Shown here piece after piece: positions 40,089-47,155 of a DNA stretch of 64,000 bases. The stretch's first letter is position 1. Each line of letters opens with the position of its first letter. Source of the stretch: a virus; the IMG/VR virus record IMGVR_UViG_3300027782_000036; one strand, given 5' to 3'. The notes under the pieces were generated by a model. That model was not told the DNA's origin. It made no database searches and worked only from the letters and a program-made list of their open reading frames with translations. Made by a program: the position numbers and the translations under genes.

Positions 40089-40886
40089 ATGGAAATCAAA
40101 ATCTCGAAAGAAGATTTACAAACAAAAAGTCTATTCATTGCAACACCAATGTATGGCGGTATGAATCATGGTCTTTACATGAAAGCATGTCTTGATTTAC
40201 AAGCTACGATGATGCAATATGGTGTATCTACAAAGTTTTCATTTCTATTCAATGAATCATTAATTACACGAGCAAGAAATTATCTTGTCGATGAATTCTT
40301 AAATCGTTCAGATGCAACACATCTACTCTTCTTAGATTCTGATATCCATTTCAATCCACAAGATGTGGTTGCTATGTTGGCATTAGATAAAGATGTTATC
40401 GGCGCTCCTTATCCAAAGAAAGCCATTAAATGGCGTAATATTTTAACTGCTATTAAAAAGAATCCAGATATCGAACTTGGAACTTTAGAAAAATTAGCAG
40501 GCGATTTCGTATTCAATCCAGTAAAAGGCACGTCACAATTTTCTGTGACAGAACCTTTAGAAGTATTAGAGATTGGTACAGGTTTTATGATGGTTAAACG
40601 TGAAGTATTCCCTAAATTTGAAATGGCATATCCTGATTTGAAATACAAACCAGATCATGTTGGTCAAGCTCACTTCGATGGTTCACGATACATCCATGCT
40701 TATTATGATACAGTAATCGATCCAAAATCAGAACGATACTTATCAGAAGATTATATGTTCTGTCAATATTGGCGTAACATTGGTGGTAAAATCTGGTTAT
40801 GTCCATGGATGAGAACATCACACATTGGTACATATCATTTCCAAGGTGACATGCCAGCAATTGCTAACTATGTTGGTGAAATGTAA
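40089..40886 (+). CDS. GT-A fold glycosyltransferase-like protein
   Basis: IATPMYGG, ESLITRARN, FLDSD (DxD), SEDYMFC. Confidence 0.65.
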   Translation: MEIKISKEDLQTKSLFIATPMYGGMNHGLYMKACLDLQATMMQYGVSTKFSFLFNESLITRARNYLVDEFLNRSDATHLLFLDSDIHFNPQDVVAMLALDKDVIGAPYPKKAIKWRNILTAIKKNPDIELGTLEKLAGDFVFNPVKGTSQFSVTEPLEVLEIGTGFMMVKREVFPKFEMAYPDLKYKPDHVGQAHFDGSRYIHAYYDTVIDPKSERYLSEDYMFCQYWRNIGGKIWLCPWMRTSHIGTYHFQGDMPAIANYVGEM

Positions 40887-41215
40887 TGAATAAAGACATC
40901 GTTAAAGCATCTCAAACGGCTAAAAGCGGTGGTCGTAAGTTTGATGGTGGTAAACTACAATATGGTTTACTGCCACCACTTGCATTAAAAGAGGTTGTAG
41001 AAATACTAACTTTTGGTGCAGAGAAGTATGAACCCGATAACTGGATTCATGTTCCAGATTCTAAACGTAGATATTTCGATGCAGCGCAAAGACATATTTG
41101 GGCTTGGAAACAAGGTGAACAGAATGATCCAGAAACAGGTAAGAATCATATAGCTCACGCTTTATGTTGTTTAATGTTCTTATACGAACATGATGTTAAG
41201 TATTCAAAAGATTAA
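40886..41215 (+). CDS. DUF5664-like (dATP/dGTP diphosphohydrolase N-terminal) protein
   Basis: KFDGGK, LTFGAEKY..NW, AAQRH, DPETGKNHIAHA. Confidence 0.8.
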   Translation: MNKDIVKASQTAKSGGRKFDGGKLQYGLLPPLALKEVVEILTFGAEKYEPDNWIHVPDSKRRYFDAAQRHIWAWKQGEQNDPETGKNHIAHALCCLMFLYEHDVKYSKD

Positions 41216-41240
41216 ATTTTATATTATGAAGGAGTTTTAA

Positions 41241-41906
41241 ATGAAGTTATCAAATCAAACGTTAAATGTTTTGAAGAATTATGCAAGTATCAATCAAGGC
41301 ATCGTCTTTAAAAAAGGCAATACTATTTCAACCATGTCTGCTCAAAAAAACATCTTGAGTGAGGCAACAATTCCAGATGAGATTCCACAAAGTTTTGGTA
41401 TCTATGATCTGAACAATTTTCTATCAGTTGTATCTTTAAACAAAGATCCTGAAATTGAATTTGATGAGAAAAATGCAATCATTAAATCTTTAAATGGTCG
41501 TTCTAAAATCAAATATCGTTTCACTGAAGCGTCAATGATTGTTACACCACCAGAAAAGAAGATTACACTTCCATCAGTAGATGCAACGTTCACTCTTACA
41601 GAAGAAGACTTTGCATGGATTCAAAAGACATCAGCAGTATTAGGTTCACCTCATATTGCGGCTGTAAGTGATGGCTCAGAAGTTAATCTAGTGGCATTTG
41701 ATGCTACAAATGATTCTGCTCACACAACTTCAATTAAAATTGAAGCACAAACAACTGGTTCATATAAGATGATTTTCAAAACAGAAAATCTTAAAATGAT
41801 TCCTGGTTCATATATTGTTGAAATTTCTTCTAAAGGTATCGCAAGTTTCAAAAATACAAAAGAAGATATTCAATATTGGATCGCAACAGAAGCAACAGGA
41901 GCTTAA
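41241..41906 (+). CDS. gp45: Sliding clamp gp45
   Basis: MKLSNQTLNVLKNYASINQ, FGIYDLNNFL, YWIA. Confidence 0.95.
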   Translation: MKLSNQTLNVLKNYASINQGIVFKKGNTISTMSAQKNILSEATIPDEIPQSFGIYDLNNFLSVVSLNKDPEIEFDEKNAIIKSLNGRSKIKYRFTEASMIVTPPEKKITLPSVDATFTLTEEDFAWIQKTSAVLGSPHIAAVSDGSEVNLVAFDATNDSAHTTSIKIEAQTTGSYKMIFKTENLKMIPGSYIVEISSKGIASFKNTKEDIQYWIATEATGA

Positions 41907-41907
41907 T

Positions 41908-42183
41908 ATGGCATCAGTATCAACAATTTTTGGTAATTTCAACGAAGAACAATTGAAGGCATTAAAAGATGCTCTTAATGAAATGGGTCAATGTATGCAG
42001 AAAATGGATACTGAAAAACTCATCATTAATGACATTATTGGTGCTACACATGACAACTTAAAGATTCCTAAAAAGATTCTTAAACGTATGGCTGTTGTTC
42101 ATTATAAAAATACATTCAGTCAACAAGTGGTCGAAGATAAAGAATTTGAAGCACTATACGTTGGCGTTTCGGAGGTTAAGTAA
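41908..42183 (+). CDS. T4 DsbA-like double-stranded DNA-binding protein
   Basis: Helical, with LKIPKKILKRMAVVHYK..F...FEALY pattern; start moved to ATG 41908 after AGGAG. Confidence 0.55.
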   Translation: MASVSTIFGNFNEEQLKALKDALNEMGQCMQKMDTEKLIINDIIGATHDNLKIPKKILKRMAVVHYKNTFSQQVVEDKEFEALYVGVSEVK

Positions 42184-42184
42184 A

Positions 42185-42406
42185 ATGGCTTTAAAAATCT
42201 TTGTAAATAATTTTGATGGTAATGCTAGTGATTCTATTGCTATTAATAGTGATCAAGTGATTTCAGTATATGAAACTGAAGTTGAAGAAGGTACTGGTAA
42301 GAAAAAGACAACTAGAAAGATAACAAATATCTATTGTCAAGGTAATGCTACATTCCAAGTTAAAGAAAAGTATCTAGATGTTGTTGCACGGTTTAATGAA
42401 GTTTAA
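42185..42406 (+). CDS. Small hypothetical protein, FlbD-like pattern
   Basis: IAINSDQVISVYE...FQVKEKYLDVVARF; start moved to ATG 42185 after GGAGG. Confidence 0.45.
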   Translation: MALKIFVNNFDGNASDSIAINSDQVISVYETEVEEGTGKKKTTRKITNIYCQGNATFQVKEKYLDVVARFNEV

Positions 42407-42435
42407 TTTATTATATTATATTATGAGGTGTGTGA

Positions 42436-43374
42436 ATGAGCGAACAATTACTGTGGACGGAAAAGTATCGTCCTAAAACTGTAGAAGATTGTATTCTTCC
42501 AGATGCAATCAAAACTACTTTTCAAGAGTATGTCAAATCTGGAAATATTCCAAATTTATTATTATCTGGTTCGGCCGGCGTAGGGAAAACTACAATTGCC
42601 AAAGCCTTGTGTAATGAAGTTGGTTGTGATTTCATCATAATCAATGGTTCAGATGAGAGTGGTATTGATGTCTTACGAAATAAGATTAAGAACTATGCTT
42701 CTTCTGTATCATTATCAGGTGGTCGTAAAGTCATCATCATTGACGAAGCGGATTATCTAAATCCAAATTCAACACAACCAGCTCTTCGTGGCGCAATTGA
42801 AGAGTTTGCAGGTAACTGTTCATTTATCTTCACATGTAATCAAAAAAATCGAATCATTGAACCAATTCATTCACGGTGTGCCGTTATTGAATTCAAAATT
42901 CAAAATGGTCAAAAGGCCAAGATGGCTTCAGCATTTTTCAAACGTGTTGAATGGATTCTAGGTGAAGAAAAGATTACATATGATAGAGAAGTTATTGCAG
43001 CTTTAATCACTAAACATTTTCCAGATAATCGTAGAATTCTGAATGAGTTACAAAGATATTCTGTATCGGGAACAATTGACAATGGTATTCTTTCTAATAT
43101 TGTAGACATCAATCTTACAGAATTAATTAAGACAATTAAAGATAAAGATTTTGGTTCAATGCGTAAATGGGTCACTCAAAATTTAGATAACGATCCAGTT
43201 AGAATTTATCGTAAGATTTATGATTCACTATATGATAATCTTAAACCGAATTCAATTCCAAATGCAGTTATGATTTTGGCCAAATATCAATACCAAGCAG
43301 CTTTTGTGGCTGACCAAGAAATTAATCTTGTAGCTTGTTTAACTGAATTTATGGTAGAATTGGAGTTAAAATGA
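42436..43374 (+). CDS. gp44: Clamp loader large subunit gp44
   Basis: WTEKYRP, GSAGVGKT, IIDEAD, HSRC. Confidence 0.96.
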   Translation: MSEQLLWTEKYRPKTVEDCILPDAIKTTFQEYVKSGNIPNLLLSGSAGVGKTTIAKALCNEVGCDFIIINGSDESGIDVLRNKIKNYASSVSLSGGRKVIIIDEADYLNPNSTQPALRGAIEEFAGNCSFIFTCNQKNRIIEPIHSRCAVIEFKIQNGQKAKMASAFFKRVEWILGEEKITYDREVIAALITKHFPDNRRILNELQRYSVSGTIDNGILSNIVDINLTELIKTIKDKDFGSMRKWVTQNLDNDPVRIYRKIYDSLYDNLKPNSIPNAVMILAKYQYQAAFVADQEINLVACLTEFMVELELK

Positions 43375-43829
43375 AATTAGATCATACTGCTAAAATGGAT
43401 ATATTAGGTCGTATGGGTGAAAAGGTTGTATCTAATTATTTTGCCAAACGTGGTGTTATGGTAGAACAAGCTGTGAATCATTTTGATCATACTAAAGATT
43501 TAACTGCTGATGGTAAAACTATTGAAGTTAAAACACAAGTTCCTTTTATTCTAGAAAAAGCTTTTACATTTAAAGAAAATCAATTAACAAAATGTAGAAA
43601 TGTTGACGAATTATATTTCGTGGCTATACCAGCACCTAGACATCACTTTGAACATGAAGGATGGTTATTTCGTGTTGACCCTAAGAAATTTAAAACTAGA
43701 ACAAGAATGACAAAAGACGGTAGAAAAATGGTACTTATTGACATCTATCAAGAAGCAGTTAAACCTGTTGAAAAAATGGCTGATGAAGTCATCAAAGATA
43801 TGATGAAATATACTGTATCGGATTATTAA
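43371..43829 (+). CDS. Putative PD-(D/E)XK nuclease
   Basis: GRMGE...KDL...IEVKTQ motif. Confidence 0.5.
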   Translation: MKLDHTAKMDILGRMGEKVVSNYFAKRGVMVEQAVNHFDHTKDLTADGKTIEVKTQVPFILEKAFTFKENQLTKCRNVDELYFVAIPAPRHHFEHEGWLFRVDPKKFKTRTRMTKDGRKMVLIDIYQEAVKPVEKMADEVIKDMMKYTVSDY

Positions 43830-43830
43830 A

Positions 43831-44226
43831 ATGGCAGATTTATTTAAAGAGATTATTCCATCAATTTTACAGACCAAAAAAGATTATTTGGTTGATGAAC
43901 ATGATGAGAAAGCATATGCCAGAGATGCGTTCCTAGTAAACAGGGCACTATCTTATCATATGGATTGTGTGTTGTATGCAAACCAGATGAACATGAATCC
44001 ACACTTGGATGCCAAATTACAATATCAGTATTACATAAATACTATTAGATCAATGAAACGGAAATTTCAACCGTGGCAAAAGGTCAATAAAAATAGTGAT
44101 TTGAATGCTGTTAAAGAATATTTTGGTTTCAATAATGAAAAAGCCAAACAAGCCCTTCGCATTTTAAATAATGATCAAATCACTTCAATAAAAGAAAAAA
44201 CAAACAAAGGTGGAGTGACCAAATGA
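43831..44226 (+). CDS. gp62: Clamp loader small subunit gp62
   Basis: FLVNRALSYHMD, VKEYFGFNNEKAKQAL. Confidence 0.92.
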   Translation: MADLFKEIIPSILQTKKDYLVDEHDEKAYARDAFLVNRALSYHMDCVLYANQMNMNPHLDAKLQYQYYINTIRSMKRKFQPWQKVNKNSDLNAVKEYFGFNNEKAKQALRILNNDQITSIKEKTNKGGVTK

Positions 44227-44639
44227 TTCGTATCGAAGACCTGGTTGAGGTTCTATTAGAAGAAAAAGATGACTTTCTGAAAGTCAGAGAAACCTTAACT
44301 CGTATAGGACTTGCATCCAAGAAAGATAATACACTATATCAATCTTGCCATATTTTACACAAACAAGGTAAATATTACATAGTCCATTTCAAAGAACTCT
44401 TTGCTTTGGATGGTAAAGAAACTGACCTCACCGAAAACGATATTGCACGTAGAAATACCATTGTCAATTTATTGGCTGAATGGGAATTGGTAAAGATTGT
44501 TAATAAAGACCAGACAAAGGATCCAATCGTTTCTATGTCACAAGTTAAGATTATTCCATACAAAGAAAAAGATGAATGGAATTTGGTAACAAAATATAGT
44601 ATTGGTAAGAAACTTAATACAAGTAATTACGCAGACTAA
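44223..44639 (+). CDS. regA: Translational repressor RegA
   Basis: FLKVRETLTRIG, LYQSCHILHKQGKYYIVHFKELF. Confidence 0.97.
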   Translation: MIRIEDLVEVLLEEKDDFLKVRETLTRIGLASKKDNTLYQSCHILHKQGKYYIVHFKELFALDGKETDLTENDIARRNTIVNLLAEWELVKIVNKDQTKDPIVSMSQVKIIPYKEKDEWNLVTKYSIGKKLNTSNYAD

Positions 44640-44666
44640 TCTAATGATTATCTGTAGGGTGGTTGG

Positions 44667-44695
44667 TTGACTTACTGAATAAGTAAGTATATAAT
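44667..44695 (+). promoter_or_regulatory. Sigma70-type promoter of pqqA with overlapping inverted repeat
   Basis: TTGACT-17 nt-TATAAT; ACTTACT-N5-AGTAAGT at 44670-44688. Confidence 0.75.
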
Positions 44696-44815
44696 AGTAG
44701 TTATAGTAGTAAATCAAATTACTATTATGTAATATAGGCCTCAAGTTAGACCTTTGACGAAAGTCATCTCTAACGATCTGAGTTTATAAATTTTTATAAA
44801 CAAAGGAGAAATACT

Positions 44816-44887
44816 ATGTGGACAAAACCAGCAGCTACTGAAATGCGCTTTGGCTTCGAAGTTACGATGTATGTAATGAACAAGTAA
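44816..44887 (+). CDS. pqqA: PQQ precursor peptide PqqA (23 aa, MWTKPAATEMRFGFEVTMYVMNK); absent from the ORF track
   Basis: Manual translation; W-x-K-P...R-x-G-F-E-V-T-x-Y with the E-x3-Y core; AAGGAG RBS; own promoter and terminator. Confidence 0.95.
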   Translation: MWTKPAATEMRFGFEVTMYVMNK

Positions 44888-44908
44888 TTCAAAACGTATC
44901 AGAAACAC

Positions 44909-44932
44909 ACCCGCCTATATGGCGGGTTTTTT
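44909..44932 (+). terminator. Intrinsic terminator after pqqA
   Basis: ACCCGCC-tatat-GGCGGGT followed by T run. Confidence 0.88.
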
Positions 44933-44946
44933 ATTTTGGAGATATT

Positions 44947-45741
44947 ATGATCACGTTAATTGGCCACGGTTATGTGGGTAAGTATATCAAAAAAGAACTT
45001 GAAAAACAAGTTATCAAACATGAGTGGATTGACCATGAAACTCAACCATCAGCATCAACAAAAGTAATCATCAATGCAGGTGGATTTACTGGTGTTCCAA
45101 ACGTGGATGCCTGTGAATCTCAAAAAGACAAAACTATTGATGGTAATGTTCTTTTCCCATTAAGACTATCAAGATGGGCTGAATTACGTAATATATCTAT
45201 TGTTCATATCTCTAGCGGATGTGTCTATACAGGATACAAGGAAGGCGGCTGGACAGAAGAGGATGCGCCTAATTTTACGTTTGATAATGCATCATTCTAT
45301 AGTGCCACAAAAGCATTAAATCAAGAGATACTTGAACCATATCTAAAACAGTCATATCTATTGAGAATTCGTATGCCTTTTGGACCAGATAATGACGATA
45401 AGAATCTGTTGACAAAACTATCAAAATATAATAAGTTGGTAAACTTTGAGAATAGTGTATCTAACGTGGAAGAGGTGGCTGAATGTGCAGTCTGGTTTGC
45501 TGAAAACTTACCACAACCTGGTATCTACAATGCTGTCAATCCTGGTGGCGTAAAAACGCACCAAATAGCACAAATGATGGGTTTAGTGAAGTCTTACTTT
45601 ACAGATGAAGAATTCAAGGCAGCCGTTATTGCACCTAGAAGTAATTGTGTTTTAAATACTGATAAAATGCAAAAGGTATTTCAATTCAAAAATGCCACAG
45701 AATCTTTAATAGATTCTATTAATAAAATAAAACCATTATAA
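44947..45741 (+). CDS. NDP-4-keto-6-deoxyglucose reductase/epimerase (RmlD or UER1-like)
   Basis: GHGYVG, PNVDACE, SSGCVY, FYSATK, LRIRMP. Confidence 0.75.
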   Translation: MITLIGHGYVGKYIKKELEKQVIKHEWIDHETQPSASTKVIINAGGFTGVPNVDACESQKDKTIDGNVLFPLRLSRWAELRNISIVHISSGCVYTGYKEGGWTEEDAPNFTFDNASFYSATKALNQEILEPYLKQSYLLRIRMPFGPDNDDKNLLTKLSKYNKLVNFENSVSNVEEVAECAVWFAENLPQPGIYNAVNPGGVKTHQIAQMMGLVKSYFTDEEFKAAVIAPRSNCVLNTDKMQKVFQFKNATESLIDSINKIKPL

Positions 45742-45744
45742 ATA
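45737..45744 (+). promoter_or_regulatory. T4 late promoter (TATAAATA) upstream of hsp20
   Basis: Exact consensus. Confidence 0.7.
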
Positions 45745-45748
45745 AACG

Positions 45749-45797
45749 TGATACGCCTTCGGGGTATCAATTTTATTAACTCGCTTAATTTAAGGAG
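45749..45797 (+). promoter_or_regulatory. ROSE-like RNA thermometer in the hsp20 leader
   Basis: 5' C(UUCG)G hairpin, then CUC-G-CUUA pairing with UAAGGAG (SD), leaving a bulged G. Confidence 0.65.
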
Positions 45798-45806
45798 AAC
45801 TTAAAC

Positions 45807-46292
45807 ATGGTATCACCATATCGCTCATTATTACCTTCAACCGTTGGATTTGATAGACTCTTTTCAACACTTGACGAATTCGATACATTATTTTTAGAAG
45901 GTAAAAAAACTCAAACTTATCCACCTTACAATATCGTCAAACTTGATGACACCGATTATGCAATAGAAATCGCTGTTGCTGGTTTTGGTATGTCAGATTT
46001 AGATATAACAACAGAAGGTAATAAACTAACTATTACTGGATCAACTAAAGAAACAGATGGTAAAGAATATTTACATCGAGGTATTGGTACAAGAGATTTT
46101 ACCCATACATTCACTTTAGCGGACACTGTTATTGTTAAATCCGCTAATATTGTAAATGGACTTCTAGTAATTATTTTAGAAAATGTTATTCCAGAAGAAA
46201 AGAAACCACGAAAGATTCAAATTGGTGAAAGTATAACACCATTGACTGGTATTGATCTTGTCAGACAATTGTATTCTGAACGTAGTGACTAA
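45807..46292 (+). CDS. Small heat-shock protein (Hsp20/IbpA-like)
   Basis: VGFDRLF, YPPYNI, YLHRGI, NGLL, PEEKKPRKI. Confidence 0.95.
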   Translation: MVSPYRSLLPSTVGFDRLFSTLDEFDTLFLEGKKTQTYPPYNIVKLDDTDYAIEIAVAGFGMSDLDITTEGNKLTITGSTKETDGKEYLHRGIGTRDFTHTFTLADTVIVKSANIVNGLLVIILENVIPEEKKPRKIQIGESITPLTGIDLVRQLYSERSD

Positions 46293-46313
46293 TGGTAATT
46301 AATTAGTAAACGC

Positions 46314-46355
46314 TTGACATTTCTTGGTTGTTTGTGTATAATAGTATCATAAATA
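46314..46355 (+). promoter_or_regulatory. Tandem sigma70 and late promoters upstream of bS21
   Basis: TTGACA(46314)-17 nt-TATAAT(46337), then CATAAATA(46348). Confidence 0.75.
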
Positions 46356-46387
46356 AATCTTTTGACGCAACAACCAAGGAATTTAAC

Positions 46388-46654
46388 ATAGCTAAGCCAG
46401 ATAAATTTGTAAAGAAACCTAGTAGGAACGATATATCAGGATCACTGACACCCGTGCCTGATGGTCCATATGGTTTTGATAACGCATTTAGAAAGTTTAG
46501 AAAAAAGATTGATGAATCTGGTTTATTACGTGAAATTCAAGAACGTATGCATTATGAAAAGCCAACCACTGTTCGTAAACAAAAGAAAAGTGCAGCTAAG
46601 AAACGTTGGCAAAGAGAATTAGCTAAAACAAAAATACCTAAAAAGATGTATTAA
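46388..46654 (+). CDS. rpsU: Ribosomal protein bS21 homolog (start uncertain; AUA at 46388 proposed)
   Basis: AFRKFRKK...GLLREIQERMHYEKPT...RK.KK.AAKKR signature. Confidence 0.85.
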   Translation: MAKPDKFVKKPSRNDISGSLTPVPDGPYGFDNAFRKFRKKIDESGLLREIQERMHYEKPTTVRKQKKSAAKKRWQRELAKTKIPKKMY

Positions 46655-46658
46655 ACGC

Positions 46659-46687
46659 TTGACAAACAGAATGATTTATTGTATAAT
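46659..46687 (+). promoter_or_regulatory. Sigma70-type early promoter
   Basis: Perfect TTGACA-17 nt-TATAAT. Confidence 0.85.
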
Positions 46688-46712
46688 GTTTTATATGAAT
46701 GAGAGATTAAAC

Positions 46713-46778
46713 ATGGGTAACCGAGACAAGAAAAAAGAATCTAAAGGTAGACCAAAGAAAGATAAACTACCTAAGTAA
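46713..46778 (+). CDS. Putative 21-aa basic peptide MGNRDKKKESKGRPKKDKLPK
   Basis: First ORF after a strong promoter; weak GAGAG RBS. Confidence 0.4.
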   Translation: MGNRDKKKESKGRPKKDKLPK

Positions 46779-46786
46779 CCAGTTAT

Positions 46787-46854
46787 GCGGTGGGTTGTAG
46801 AACAGTATAGGTGTCCAACTTATACCTTTGGTGCGAATCCAAATCACCGCTCCA
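46787..46854 (+). tRNA. Atypical 68-nt tRNA-like RNA with Gly identity (possible UCC anticodon) and reduced D arm
   Basis: GCGGTGG/TCACCGC acceptor stem, T73, encoded CCA; T arm TTTGG-TGCGAAT-CCAAA; 7-bp stem closing loop TGTCCAA. Confidence 0.65.
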
Positions 46855-46871
46855 ATTTTTGAAAGTAAACA

Positions 46872-47120
46872 ATGAATATCAAACCATTGCGTGATAACAT
46901 TATCATCGTTAAAGAAGAAAAAAATCTAACGACCGCTTCCGGTATTATTCTCAAATCAACAGACGATGCGGACAAAGCAAGAGTTGTTGCTATAGGTCCA
47001 GAAGTCGAAGACGTTCAAATTGACAATGTAGTTATAGTTAATTGGAACAAAGCTCAAATGATTGGTGATGATCAATATAGAGTTAATATTTCAGACGTAA
47101 TTGGTGTATTAGAAGACTAA
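46872..47120 (+). CDS. groES: Co-chaperonin GroES-like protein
   Basis: IKPLRDNIII, TTASGIIL, VVAIGP, DVIGV. Confidence 0.9.
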   Translation: MNIKPLRDNIIIVKEEKNLTTASGIILKSTDDADKARVVAIGPEVEDVQIDNVVIVNWNKAQMIGDDQYRVNISDVIGVLED

Positions 47121-47155
47121 CTTCTTATAAATGATTATGTGTATCATATTAGTTT

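Noticed and set aside
46328-46387. TTG start for bS21
   Set aside because: Lies within the promoter and has no RBS
46787-46854. tmRNA fragment or tRNA-Trp(CCA)
   Set aside because: No G3-U70 alanine pair or tag ORF; the centred loop triplet is TCC and the acceptor identity is Gly-type
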